From positions 30,586,206 to 30,650,205 of the forward strand of contig NC_092400.1 of NCBI RefSeq assembly GCF_030028105.1: DNA of 64,000 nucleotides. The letters run 5' to 3'. Both the position numbers and the translations under genes were made by a program. Under the pieces are notes generated by a model, which did no database searches, was not told where the DNA came from, and saw nothing but the letters and a program-made list of their open reading frames with translations. Positions within the stretch are counted from its first letter, which is position 1. The number at the start of each line of letters is the position of its first letter. This stretch comes from Mobula birostris (lineage: Eukaryota). Of this stretch, positions 1 through 12,858 are shown in pieces.

Positions 1-191
1 AGGTTGTAGTAGCTCAGACTTCTCTGGTCCTGCATCTCCACGCTTTGGCCATTTTGCACCATCAGACGCTGTTGCAAAATGGGCACCTTGGTCTTTTCCT
101 GGATTTTCATCTTGAGTGTCGACACTTGAATGGAAGGGTCGACATCAAGTTCGAAACCATCGCCGGTGATAAACCTCACCTGAAGTCTCAT
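1..191 (-). CDS. ISG15: ISG15-like di-ubiquitin protein, copy A (N-terminal part; runs off the window edge)
   Basis: Nearly identical to the 5' part of the copy B CDS. ATG at 191-189 is preceded by the acceptor ttctcctttctccacag (exon 2 starts at 203). Confidence 0.85.
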   Translation of the reverse strand, partial: MRLQVRFITGDGFELDVDPSIQVSTLKMKIQEKTKVPILQQRLMVQNGQSVEMQDQRSLSYYN

Positions 192-944
192 CCTGCCAAA
201 TCGCTGTGGAGAAAGGAGAAGTGATTAGAGAGTTTTTACATCAGATGTGCATGAACTATGATGTATTAATATGGCATTGCCTATAATATCAACATAATTA
301 GACTATTTACTAAGATCTGTAGACAAGCGGCAAAAGACAAACCACTCTTTCCCTAGCAGTTCTAAAGGAATTTTGAGCCGCAATACTGACAATTGACGGG
401 AGAGGGACTCTGTGAGCCGGTGGGTTTAAACATTTTTGAACTTTGATTCGATTAGCGGCAAAAAAATGTGTAAATGTGTCATTGAGACCGTAGTAAATGT
501 GCAACTTGTTTAGATTTCTAAGCCAGGACCATTCCAACCGCCGCTTAATTGGGGGGGAAAAATCACTTTTGTCACATCGCGTTAATGGTGTACCGGGGAG
601 AGGACTCGGACTTGTTGCATTGCCGTCTGATATGGAGGGGCCACGACACAGGGTCAGAAAAAGCTGCTGAGGGTGGTAAACTCATCCAGCTCCATCATGG
701 GCACCAATAGAGAGTATCTTCAAAAGGTGATGTCTCAAGGAGAATGCATCGATCAGTATGTGCCTGCAGGTCATGCCCGCTTCTCATTGCTAGCATCAGC
801 GAGGAGCCTGCGGACTCACGCTCAACGTTTCATGAACAGATACTGAACAGTATTTCTGCCCCCCCCCCCCACACACACACGTATATATACTCTGTGTGTG
901 TGTGTGTGTGTGTGTATGCTATTATAATTTCTATTATATGTTAT

Positions 945-1725
945 ATGGAGTTCAACCCGGAGAAGTGTGAGGTGGTACACTTTGGAAGGACAAACTCCAA
1001 GGCAGAGTACAAAGTAAATGGCAGGATACTTGGTAGTGTGGAGGAGCAGAGGGATCTCGGGGTACATGTCCACAGATCTCCGAAAGTTGCCTCACAGCTG
1101 GATAGGGTAGTTAAGAAAGCTTATGGGGTGTTAGCTTTCATAAGTCGAGGGACAGAGTTTAAGAGTCGCGAAGTAATGATTCAGCTCTATAAAACTCTGG
1201 TTAGGTCACACTTGGAATATTGTGTCCAGTTCTGGTCACCTCACTATAGGAAGGATGTGGAAGCATTGGAAAGGATACAGAGGAGATTTACCAGGATGCT
1301 GCCTGGTTTAGAAAGTATGCATTATGATCAGAGATTAAGGGAGCTAGGGCTTTACTCTTTGGAGAGAAGGAGGATGAGACGAGACATGATAGAGGTGTAC
1401 AAGATAATAAGAGGAATAGATAGAGTGGATAGCCAGCGCCTCTTCCCCAGGGCACCACTGCTCAATACAAGAAGACATGGCTTTAAGGAAAGGGGTGGGA
1501 AGTTCAAGGGGGATATTAGAGGAAGGTTTTTTACTCAGGGAGTGGTTGGTGCGTGGAACGCACTGCCTGAGTCAGTGGTGGAGGCAGATACACTAGTGAA
1601 GTTTAAGAGTCTACTAGACAGGTATATGGAGGAATCTAAGATGGGGGCTTATATGGGAGGCAGGGTTTGAGGATCGGCACGACATTGTGGGCCGAAGGGC
1701 CTGTACTGTGCTGTACTATTCTATA
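945..1725 (+). mobile_element. 5'-truncated CR1 LINE in intron 1 of ISG15 copy A
   Basis: MEFNPEKCEVVHFG...HLEYCVQFWSP is the CR1 ORF2 C-terminus. It is absent at the homologous site in copies B-D and is flanked by TTATAT. Confidence 0.9.
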
Positions 1726-2309
1726 TTATATACTGCATTGTACTGCCGCCGCAAATTACCAAGTTTATCGGTTTAAATTAGTGGTGATCACCCCAATTCT
1801 GATACTAAAATCGATTCTGCTGCGAATGAACTCCATTTTACTTTCAACCAAACATTCAATCCCCCTGCTTTCCTGCAAAGAAAGTGTTCACTCCCGACCC
1901 AGACTTCCCGAGTCACTCAATTTACACGCAAATTATTGTCGTGACATGAGCGAAGATTTCATGCACCGTTTTAACAAGACCGTCACTCTACATCAGCCGA
2001 TTAACGGGTTTCACCGAACCGTGAGCCTATCAATCTGAGAAGGAGTGGCCATTCGGCCTGCACCGCTATTCAATGATATCCCCGATGATCCTTTACCTCG
2101 CCGCTAGTTGACAACAATTTGTCGCGTATCTATTGCCCCTTTCTGTAAAGTTAGTTTTCTATTAACTTGTTCTCGCCCCGTGTTTTGTCAGCGGTAGAGA
2201 CTACATTTCCTGCCCGGTTCAGAGGATCTTAGTAATTTAAATTATATTGTCAATGTTGTAAACAGCTAGATAAAAATGAGAACTTTGAGATAATCAAATA
2301 AATTCTTAC

Positions 2310-2470
2310 AATTTTTGTCGACAGTGCAGGAAGTCAGGACGAATCTGAAGAAAATCTAATCAGTGGCTTTTTTCTTTGCCCCTTATTCTGCACCGACTTT
2401 CAGCTCCGGTCCGGGTAAATCAATAGAAATTCTCCGGCTGCTGCTGATCGGTATCCCCGCTCCCGCAACT
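2310..2470 (-). other. Predicted non-coding exon 1 of ISG15 copy A
   Basis: Minus-strand donor AATT|GTAAGA at 2310/2309 has homologues in all five copies. No ATG in the exon. TATA-like GATAAA at ~2500. The 5' end is an estimate. Confidence 0.6.
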
Positions 2471-2577
2471 CTGCGTCTCTCCGCCTCCCCCGGCTCGCTT
2501 TATCTTCTGCTCCCGTTTCTGAACGTCACCGCGCCGCTGGGCTGATCTCAAGGCCCGCTGTCGCTGTGTTGACAAAC

Positions 2578-2690
2578 AAACCAATCAGGTTCCAGCCGAA
2601 GTTTCGTTTCCGAAAAATTCCCCGCAGTGAATTGGAAACGTTTTCGCCCTGTTACAGGGTTCAACGCTATCGGCTGATTCACTTTCGGAT
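2578..2690 (-). promoter_or_regulatory. ISG15 copy A promoter: CCAAT box, ISRE (2600-2611), kB-like site (2613-2623)
   Basis: CCAATC, then AGTTTCGTTTCC (GGAAACGAAACT on the minus strand), then GGGGAATTTT on the minus strand. A degenerate IRF site GATTCACTTTC lies further upstream. Confidence 0.75.
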
Positions 2691-5307
2691 TCCGTTCTGG
2701 TGTCAGCATCTGCAACAATAACACAGGCACAGGGAGCCGAAAATGTGAAGCCCGGTCTTGACCGGAAAATAACCTTAAACGTGTCATCTCTGAATGCATT
2801 TATCTGGTTCATTCAGTGACATCGTAAGTGATAAAATGCTCGAATCAACCAAACAATACAACAGAACTGTGCCCAATCCAGATCACCTGTATTTCCCCAT
2901 CTTTCTTGCCCATTTCCCCGTGGGCTGAGCAACCGTAGTGCTACCCCGTTTCCCGAGCTTCTCCCCATCCAGCATATCAATCTTTTCAACGTCCACCATC
3001 TCCACCGTTATTCCACAACCCGTCACACATTCTGCTCTGCACCTCTTTCTGCTCTCGGCATGGCCTCCTCGGTCCGTAACTCACAGGTCCTCAGATCCCT
3101 CCCCCCACCCCACCTCCCCCACCCCCACCAGCGAAACTTCATAGGATGTGTTGCAGTTGACCTCTCCAATGGTCAGCCCGCCTCCATCACCAACCAGGGC
3201 CCTAAAGAGAGACCCAGGAGATCATACAGATGCCAGGAATCTTGAAGAGCACGCCAAAATAGTTGGGGGAACTCTGGAGGTCAGGCAGCATCAATGAAGG
3301 GAAATCAACATCCATAATTCACTCGAGATCCTTCATCAGGATTGGAAAGAAAGGGGGCTGAAGCCAGAATAAGGAGAAGGGATGAGATAGAGGTTGAGTA
3401 TAAAGTAGTGAGGGGGAAAATGGATGGGTGTGGGAGTGGGGATGATGTGAGAAGATGGGAGGTGATCGGTGTAAGCGCTAAGGGGCTGAAGAAGAAGGAA
3501 TCAGATCGGAAAGGACAGGGGACCATGGAAGGAGATGGGGATCCTGGGAGGGTCATGAGGGTGGGGGAGGAAAGACGTGAGAGGATCACTAAAATAAGAA
3601 AAAAACTAAAGGGGAGGTGTTGACCAGAACTTAGAGTTTAATGCTATGACTACTCAGACCGAGTATGAGATATTGCTCCCCCAGATTGTGTTTGGCTTCA
3701 TCGTGGCAGTGTCCTAAACTGCCCTTCCAGCTGAGGCGGACATTCGTGTGTACCTCCCTTGGCTTTCTTTATTGTAGCAACTGATTCTGATGTGGTGTCC
3801 TCTATATTGGTGAGACCAGGTGGAAATTAGACTGGGAATCTCTTATCAGATTCCATCATCTGCAGCTCTTTATCACCTCCACCCATCACTTCCCAGCTTC
3901 TGTCCCCATGTCCACTCTCCCTCCTCTATCCACCTATCATCCCTTCTCACCTGGATCCTTCTGGTGTTTAGGACAGCAATAAAGGACCTCCATCTCCATC
4001 TGGACACAAGGTTTCTTCATTGCTGTTTCTGTGACAATTATTTTTTGACCAGTCACCGTTCTTATCCATGAGCTGAACACCTGAACCAGGAGATGTGGTG
4101 GTCCACTGTTAGAGTGCCCTCTGTTAGAGTGAAGTTTTTTGGATAGATGATTTGTTTACACTTAAATGACTTTTGCCACCAGCCTTCTATTTGACAAAGT
4201 ATTGTGGATTGAGTCCACAACAATGCGCTTCCTAAAAAGGTGTGAATTCCAGATGCTTCTGGCGCTGTAGTTTGACCAGATACTGTAGTTTCAAAGACAG
4301 TATTATCTGTACTTTATAAATATTAATTGTCTTCTATGTTAGCATGTAAGATGCCAAATAAATGTATTGTGGATTTAACTAAAGGCAATGGATACCAACC
4401 CAGACATGTTGGCGTCGGAAGGAAAGGATGAAATCCGAAGATGTGATGTTTATATGTAGCTTCAAAAGGAAGCATTGTCTATAACTTTTTAGGTAGCGAT
4501 TGCCTTTGAGTTTAGCATATAAATATAGAGCCCATACTGGACTAGCAGACCTTTCTACCGGAAGCGTCTCCGTCCCTATGATGCCTGCTTGTTGTGTCGA
4601 ATGTCGAATAAAGACAGGCTTGTATCTACCAGTAACTCTGACTCTCCAGTGATTTCATCCACGTTACAACACCCTCTACCCTTTGACCTGTTTGGCGCAC
4701 GTGACTCTACCAAGAGCCAAAGCAAAAGGCCCTGACTCCAGCCAATGTAACTCTCTGGGTCATTGAGGCACACAAGCCTCCAAGTCCTTTGACAAGGTTG
4801 TGGTCCTCTTGGAATAGATTTACCTGAGCAATCATTAACTATTTGAGAGGTCAGGTGGACATTGCTAATGCTCAGTATAAGCATACTAAAAATTGTGGAA
4901 TCATATAATTTGTTTAAGTTAATATGTAGAATTATCTTCTGGCATGTGTTATTGCCTTAATTATTATCTTTGGGACTCAGCACAAAATTGAAAAAATGTT
5001 AAACCATCAATTTACACCTAATTCTTAAAATGCACAGACTCATTGATAGATTTGTTTCCTTCACTTCTTCTTGATCCTGCAGGAGTCTATTAAAGTTCTT
5101 AAAGGAAAAAAAATATGGGACAATTTTGAAATCTTTATTTATGGCTACAGCAATTGATTATTCAGGTTTTAAATGACAAAAGGATCAATTCCACCTCACT
5201 ACATCAGCAAAATTGGAGGTGAGTTTAAATTCAGAACCTTAATACCATCCGCCCCAATCAAAGGTGGTTCCATTTCAATTAAGATCAATATCTTAAGACA
5301 ATAATAA

Positions 5308-6137
5308 GACAATAACCTATCCCTCAACGTCAGCAAGACGAAGGAATTGCTTGTTGACTTCAGAAGGAGTAGCGGACCGCACAACCCAATTTACATCGGT
5401 GGTGTGCAAGTGGAACAGGTCAAAAGCTTTAAGTTCCTCGGGGTCAATATCACAAATGACCTGACTTGGTCCAACCAAGCAGAGTTCACTGCCAAGAAGG
5501 CCCACCAGCGCCTTTGCTTCCTGAGAAAACTAAAGAAATTTGGCCTGTCCCCTAAAACCCTCACTAATTTTTATAGATGCACCGCAGAAAGCATTCTTCT
5601 AGGGTGCATCACAACCTGGTGTGGAAGTTGTCCTGTCGAAGACTGAAAGAAGCTGTGGAAGATCGTGAACATGGCGCAGCACATCACACAAGCCAATCTT
5701 CCGTCCGTGGACTCATGGTACACCGCATGCTGTCGGAGAAGTGTTGCCGGGATAATCAAGGACACCACCCAGCCAGCCAACAGACTTTTTGTCCCTCTTC
5801 CCTCCGGGAGAAGGCTCAGGAGCTTGAAGACTCGTATGGCCAGATTTGGGAACAGCTTCTTTCCTACTGTGATAAGATTGCTGAACAGATCCTGAGCCAG
5901 ATCTGGGCCGTACCCTCCAAATATCCAGACCTGCCTCTCGGTTTTTTTGCACTACCTTACTTTCCATTTTTCTATTTTGTATTTATGAAATATAATTTAA
6001 AATTTTAATACTAATTTTAACTATTTTAATATTTAATATTTGTAATCCAGGGAGTGTAAATTGTAGATTCAAATATTGCAGTGATGATTGTACATTCTAG
6101 TACTAGTTGTTTGGCGACAATAAAGTATAAAGTATAT
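5308..6137 (+). mobile_element. Rex1/Babar-type LINE 3' fragment (part of the tandem unit)
   Basis: LNVSKTKELLVDFRR...FKFLGVNITNDLTWS...KKAHQRL is the RT C-terminal region. It has an internal stop and a (TAAAGTA)n tail. Confidence 0.8.
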
Positions 6138-6511
6138 CCTAGGCAAGGGACTGGCAAACATGCAACTGTGTGCAGAAGAGGGAATTCATACTGGAACTTT
6201 CGAAAACTGTTATCACAATTCCATGCATAATGATGTAGGAAAGGGAGAAGTGAGGTAAGAGTAACACAGTGGGGAATAGTGACAGTTAAACTTCAATATT
6301 TGCTTCAGATAAAATAGGAAAGATGCAGAATAACTAATATAATAATTCCATTGTGTAAAAGTGTTGAATGTGAATTGGGGTTTTTGAATTTCATGTACAC
6401 GGTTCAAATGCCACAATCAAACTTTGGTCAAGATACTTCATCTCTTACCAGGGTCTATAGAACTAGATGAAAGCAATCACACAGAAATGCCAGTGTTCAT
6501 GCATTTAGACG

Positions 6512-6517
6512 TTTATT
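6512..6517 (-). terminator. Predicted poly(A) signal of ISG15 copy B
   Basis: AATAAA on the minus strand ~650 nt past the stop, with TG-rich sequence downstream. Conserved in C (13233-13238) and D (21808-21813). Confidence 0.55.
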
Positions 6518-7168
6518 AAAAAAATCATTTCAAATCATATTGGAAATTTCAACAATGAAAATTGCAAAATATTTAGAACCTCAACTAATCTGATTTCATT
6601 AAATTTTAATGCTAAAATGAAAATAAAGATCCTTTGGAAGAACACGGTAACTGATGCAATTAATTCTTGAGGACATTAAGGTAAAGCAGTAAGTCATCTC
6701 CCCCTCCCCCATCAAACCCAATCTTTTAGTGGGATTTGTTTTAAAACATTGTAAACTGAAATTGAGTGAGATCCGTTTTGTGTGGGAAGTCAGACCATCG
6801 GATTGTGATCAGCCATTCGGAGTTATATTGATCTGAACAGGAGGTGCAGGTTGCCAGATTTCCTTTGATATTGTTAATATCTGGCCTCTGCAAAACTGAC
6901 AACCCATGTTTTCCAGGCTAAGAAGGCAACAAGGTGATAAGCGACAAACCTCGATGGGAATTTATGTCATCGTCCGACTGACACCCCATCAGTGCAACAT
7001 TAATACGGAGCGGAAATCGGTCCTTTGTCCCACTTGTGAATGCCAGTGTGGAACGTAGCAGATAGACAGGATAATGTAACAAAGTGCTAACGACAGAATA
7101 TAGGAATGCAATAAAATACCTATAAATTATTTTTAATCACAGTTTTCTCAACCGTCCGCAGGAGTAAA

Positions 7169-7636
7169 TCAGCCTCCACGTAGCCGGAGCAGCAGAGAGA
7201 TGGTGGTTAGTGGTTTGATGTTGTAGTCGGAGAGCAATCGCCCATCCTCCAACTGTTTGCCCTCGTAAACCAGGCGCTGCTGGTCGGGTCTGACCCCTTC
7301 CTGCCGATGGACCCGCGCTTTAAAATTCTGCACGGACTCAGAGGGCATCACGTCGTACGTCGAGGTTTTCCCCTTGTCATTCAGGAGAAATATCTGCATT
7401 GATTCCTCTTTCCTGACCAGCAACATGACGGTGGGGCTGGGGCTGAGGTTGTAGTAGCTCAGACTTCTCTGGTCCTGCATCTCCACGCTTTGGCCATTTT
7501 GCACCATCAGACGCTGTTGCAAAATGGGCACCTTGGTCTTTTCCTGGATTTTCATCTTGAGAGTCGACACTTGAATGGAAGGGTCGACATCAAGTTCGAA
7601 ACCATCGCCGGTGATAAACCTCACCTGAAGTCTCAT
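7169..7636 (-). CDS. ISG15: ISG15-like di-ubiquitin protein, copy B (155 aa)
   Basis: Two tandem ubiquitin-like domains ending in LRLRGG-stop. Fish-ISG15-like motifs [16 protein letters not shown] and [15 protein letters not shown]. Acceptor at 7648/7649, donor at 9012/9013, ISRE promoter. Confidence 0.93.
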   Translation of the reverse strand: MRLQVRFITGDGFELDVDPSIQVSTLKMKIQEKTKVPILQQRLMVQNGQSVEMQDQRSLSYYNLSPSPTVMLLVRKEESMQIFLLNDKGKTSTYDVMPSESVQNFKARVHRQEGVRPDQQRLVYEGKQLEDGRLLSDYNIKPLTTISLLLRLRGG

Positions 7637-8315
7637 CCTGTCAAATCGCTGTGGAGAAAGGAGAAGTGAATAGAGAGTTTTTACAACAGATGTGCATGAA
7701 CTATGATGTATTAATATGGCATTGCCTATAATATCAACATAATTAGACTATTTACTAAGATCTGTAGACAAGCGGGAAAAGACAGACCCCTCTTTCCCCA
7801 GCAGTTCTGAATGTGCGACAGGAATTTTGAGCCGCAATACTGACAATTGACGGGAGAGGGACTCCGTGAGCCGGTGGGTTTAAACATTTTTGAACTTGAT
7901 TGGATCAGCGGCAAAAAAATGTGTAAATGTTACCCATTGGAACCGTAGTAAATGTGCAACTTGTTTAGATTTCTAAGCCAGGACCATTCCAACCGCCGCT
8001 TAATAGGGAAAAAAATCACTTCTGTCACATCGTGTTAATGGTGTACCGGGGAGAGCATTCGGACTTGTTGCATCACCGTCTGATATGGAGGGGCCACGGC
8101 ACAGGGTCAGAAAAAGCTGCTGAGGGTGGTAAACTCATCCAGCTCCATCATGGGCACCAACAGAGGGTATCTTCAAAAGGTGGTACCTCATGGAGAAGGC
8201 ATCGATCATTCTGGGCCTGCAGGTCATGCCCGCTTCTCATTGCTACCATCAGTTGGAGCCTGAAGTCTCACGCTCAACGTTTTAGTAACAGATGAACTAA
8301 TGAACAGTATTTTTG

Positions 8316-8322
<7 letters not shown>

Positions 8323-8363
<41 letters not shown>
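8323..8363. repeat. (CA)n microsatellite in intron 1 of copy B (shorter at ~15045-15076 in copy C)
   Basis: Direct reading. Confidence 0.95.
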
Positions 8364-8365
<2 letters not shown>

Positions 8366-9281
8366 GTATATTTTGTGTGTGTGTGTGCGCGTGTGTGTAT
8401 GCTATTATAATTTATATTATATGTCATGTACTGCATTGTACTGCCGCCCCAAATGCCAAATTTATCGATTTAAATTAGTGGTGATCACCCGAATTCTGAT
8501 TCTAAATCGATTCTGCTGCGAATGAACTCCATTTTACTTTCAACCAAACATTCACCCTCCACCCCCGCTTTCCTGCACAGAAAGTGTTCACTCCTGACCC
8601 AGACTTCCCGAGTCACTGAATTCACACGCAAATTATTGTCGTGACATGAACGAAGATGTCATGCACCGTTTTAACAAGACCGTCACTCTACATCAGCCGA
8701 TTAATGGGTTTCACCGAACCGTGAGCCTATCAATCTGAGAAGCAGGAGTGGCCATTCGGCCTGCACCGCTATTCAATGATATCCCCGATGATTCTTTACC
8801 TCGCCGCTAGTTGACAACAATTTGTCGCGTATCTATTGCCCCTTTCTGTAAAGTAAGTTTTCTACTAACTTGTTCTCGCCCCGCGTTTTGTCAGCGGTAG
8901 AGACTACATTTCCTGCCCGGTTCAGAGGATCTTAGTAATTTAAATTATATTGTCAATGTTGTAAACAGCTAGATAAAAATGAGAACTTTGAGATAATCAA
9001 ATAAAGTCTTACAATTTTTGTCGACAGTACCGGAAGTCAGGACGAGTCTGAAGAAAATCTGATCCGCAGCTTTTTTTCTTTGCCCCTTATTCTGCACCGA
9101 CTTTCAGCTCCGGTCCGGGTAAATCAATAGAAATTCTCCGGCTGCTGCTGATCGGTATCCCCGCTCCCGCAACTCTGAGTCTCTCCGCCTCCCCCGGCTC
9201 GCTTTATCTTCTGCTCCAGTTTCTGAACGTCACCGCGCCGCTGGGCCGATCTCACGGCCCGCTGTCGCTGTGTTGACAAAC

Positions 9282-9392
9282 AAACCAATCAGGTTCCAGC
9301 CGAAGTTTCGTTTCCGAAAAATTCCCCGCAGTGAGTTGGAAACGTATTCGCCCTGTTACAGGGTTCAACGCTATCGGCTGATTCACTTTCGG
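9282..9392 (-). promoter_or_regulatory. ISG15 copy B promoter: CCAAT box, ISRE (9304-9315), kB-like site (9317-9327)
   Basis: Same motif cluster as copy A. Confidence 0.75.
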
Positions 9393-12028
9393 ATTCCGTT
9401 CTGGTGTCAGCATTTGCAACAATAACACAGGCACAGGGAAGCCGAGAATGTGAAGCCCGATCTTGACCGAAAAATAACCTGAAACATGTCACCGCTGAAT
9501 ACATTAATCTGGTTCATTCAGTGACAACCTAAGTGATAAGATGCTCGAATCCACCCAAACAATACAACACAACTGTGCCCAATCCACATCACCTCTATTT
9601 CCCCATCTTTCTTGCCCATCTCCCCGTGGGCAGACAGCCGTAGTGTTACCCCGTTTCCCGAGCTTCACCCCATCCAGCATATCAATCTTTTCAACGTCCA
9701 CCATCTCCACCGTGATTCCATCATTTGTAACACGTTCTGCTCAGCACCTCTTTCTGTTTTCGGCATGGACCCCTCGGTCCGTGGCTCACAGGTCCCCAGA
9801 TCCCTCCCCCCACCCCACCTCCCCCACCCCCACCAGCGAAACTTCATAGGATGTGTTGCAGCTGACCTCTCCAATGGTCAGCCCGCCTCCATCACCCACC
9901 AGGTCCCTACAGAGAGACCCAGGAGATCATACAGACGCCAGGAATCTTGAAGAGCAGTCAAAATAGTTGGGGGAACTCTGGAGGTCAGGCAGCATCAATG
10001 GAGGGAAATGAACATCCATAATTCACTCGAGATCCTTCATCAGGATTGGAAAGAAAGGGGGCTGAAGCCAGAATAAGGAGGAGGGATGAGAGAGAGGTGG
10101 AGTATAAATTAGTGAGGGGGAGAATGGATGGGTGTGGGAGTGGGGATGATGTGAGAAGATGGGAGGTGTAGGTGTAAGCGCTAAGGGGCTGAAGAAGAAG
10201 GAATCTGATTGGAAAGGACAGGAGACCATGGAAGGAGATGGGGATCCTGGGAGGGTCATGAGGGTGGGGGAGGAAAGAGGTGAGGGGATCACCAAAATAG
10301 GAAAAAAAATAAAGGGAGCGTGTTGACCAGAGGTCAGAGGTTAATGCCGTCAGGCTAAAGACTACTCAGACTGAGTATGAGATATTGCCTCTCCCAGATT
10401 GTGTTTGGCTTCATCGTGGCAGTGTCCTAAACTGCCCTTCCAGGTGAGGCGGACATTCACGTGCACCTCCCTTGGCTTTCTTTATTGTAGCAACTGCTTC
10501 TGATGTGGTGTCCTCTATATTGGTGAGACCAGGTGGAAATTAGACTGGGAATCTCTTATCAGATTCCATCATCTGCAGCTCTTTATCACCTCCACCCATC
10601 ACTTCCCAGCTTCTGTCCCCATGTCCACTCTCCCTCCTCTATCCACCTATCATCCCTTCTCACCTGGATCCTTCTGGTGTTTAGGACAGCAATAAAGGAC
10701 CTCCATCTCCATCTGGACACAAGGTTTCTTCATTGCTGTTTCTGTGACAATTATTTTTTGACCAGTCACTGCTCTTATCCATGAGCTGAACACCTGAACC
10801 TGGAGATGTGGTGGTCCACTGTTAGAGTGCCCTCTGTTAGAGTGAATTTTTTTGGATAGATGATTTGTTTACACTTAAATGACTTTTGCCACCAGACTTC
10901 TATTTGACAAAGTACTGTGGATTGAGTCCACAACAATGCGCTTCCTAAGAAGGTGTGAATACCAGATGCTTCTGGTGCCATAGCTTGACCAGATGCTGTA
11001 GTTTCAAAGACAGTATTATCTGTACTTTATGAATATTAATTGTCTTGTATGGTAGCACGTAAAATGCCAAATAAATGTATTGTGGATTTAACTAAAGGCT
11101 GTGGATACCAACCCAGACATGTTGGTGTCGGAAGGAAAGGATGAAATCCGAAGATGTGATGTTTGTATGTAGCTTCATAAGGAAGCATTGTCTATAACTT
11201 TTTAGGTAGTGATGGCCTTTGATAGCATATAAATATCTGAACCCACATTGGACTAGCAGACCTTTCTACCGGAAGCGTCTCCGTCCATATGATGCCTGCT
11301 TGTTGTGTCGAATGTCGAATAAAGAAGCTGGTTTGAATCTACCAGTGACTCTGACTCTCCAGTAATGTCATCCACGCTACAACACCCTCTACCCTTTGAC
11401 CTGTTTGGCACACGTGACCCTACCAAGAGCCAAAGCAAAAGGCTCTGACTCCAGGCAACATAACTCTCTGGGTCATTGAGGCACACAAGCCTCCAAGTCC
11501 TATGACAAGGTAGTGATCCTCTTGGAATAGATTCACCTGAGCAATCATTAACTATTTGAGAGGTCAGGTGCACATTGCTAATGCTCAGTGTAAGCATACT
11601 AAAAATTGTGGAATCATATAATTTGTTTAAGTTAATATGTAGAATTATCTTCTGGCATGTGTTAATGCCTTAATTATTATCTTTGGGACTCAGCACAAAA
11701 TTGAAAAGATGTTAAACCATCAATTTACACCTAAATCTTAAAATGCACAGACTCATTGATAGATTTGTTTCCTTCGCCTCTTCTTGATCCTGCAGGAGTC
11801 TATTAAAGTTCTTAAAGTAAAATTCTAGGACAATTAAAGGACAATTTGGAAACCTTTATTCAGGGCTACAGCAATTAATTATTCAGGTTTTAAATGACAA
11901 AAGGATCAATTCCACCTCGCTACATCAGCAAAATTGGAGGTGAGTTTAAATTCAGAACCTTAATACCATCCGCCCCAATCAAAGGTGGTTCCATTTCAAT
12001 TAAGATCAATATCTTAAGACAATAATAA

Positions 12029-12858
12029 GACAATAACCTATCCCTCAACGTCAGCAAGACGAAGGAATTGCTTGTTGACTTCAGAAGGAGTAGCGGACCG
12101 CACAACCCAATTTACATCGGTGGTGTGCAAGTGGAACAGGTCAAAAGCTTTAAGTTCCTCGGGGTCAATATCACAAATGACCTGACTTGGTCCAACCAAG
12201 CAGAGTTCACTGCCAAGAAGGCCCACCAGCGCCTTTGCTTCCTGAGAAAACTAAAGAAATTTGGCCTGTCCCCTAAAACCCTCACTAATTTTTATAGATG
12301 CACCGCAGAAAGCATTCTTCTAGGGTGCATCACAACCTGGTGTGGAAGTTGTCCTGTCGAAGACTGAAAGAAGCTGTGGAAGATCGTGAACATGGCGCAG
12401 CACATCACACAAGCCAATCTTCCGTCCGTGGACTCATGGTACACCGCATGCTGTCGGAGAAGTGTTGCCGGGATAATCAAGGACACCACCCAGCCAGCCA
12501 ACAGACTTTTTGTCCCTCTTCCCTCCGGGAGAAGGCTCAGGAGCTTGAAGACTCGTATGGCCAGATTTGGGAACAGCTTCTTTCCTACTGTGATAAGATT
12601 GCTGAACAGATCCTGAGCCAGATCTGGGCCGTACCCTCCAAATATCCAGACCTGCCTCTCGGTTTTTTTGCACTACCTTACTTTCCATTTTTCTATTTTG
12701 TATTTATGAAATATAATTTAAAATTTTAATACTAATTTTAACTATTTTAATATTTAATATTTGTAATCCAGGGAGTGTAAATTGTAGATTCAAATATTGC
12801 AGTGATGATTGTACATTCTAGTACTAGTTGTTTGGCGACAATAAAGTATAAAGTATAT
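12029..12858 (+). mobile_element. Rex1/Babar-type LINE 3' fragment (duplicate of 5308-6137)
   Basis: Identical ORF fragments at offset 6721. Confidence 0.8.

Noticed and set aside
744-1670. 308-aa ORF as a host gene
   Set aside because: Microsatellite and intron sequence reading by chance into a CR1 ORF2 fragment.
3960-4270. Conserved small ORFs repeated in each tandem unit
   Set aside because: They are repeated only because the whole unit is duplicated. The sequence resembles a decayed LINE 3' end and has stops that differ between copies.
7169-7636. Polyubiquitin, FAT10/UBD or NEDD8 as alternative identities
   Set aside because: Two divergent UBLs with a single terminal LRLRGG, fish-ISG15-like motifs and an ISRE promoter favour ISG15.
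11750-11822. IDRFVSF / ESIKVLK|gt as an OAS exon-1 remnant in each tandem unit
   Set aside because: The similarity is too short, split across frames, and not conserved in the A-B spacer.
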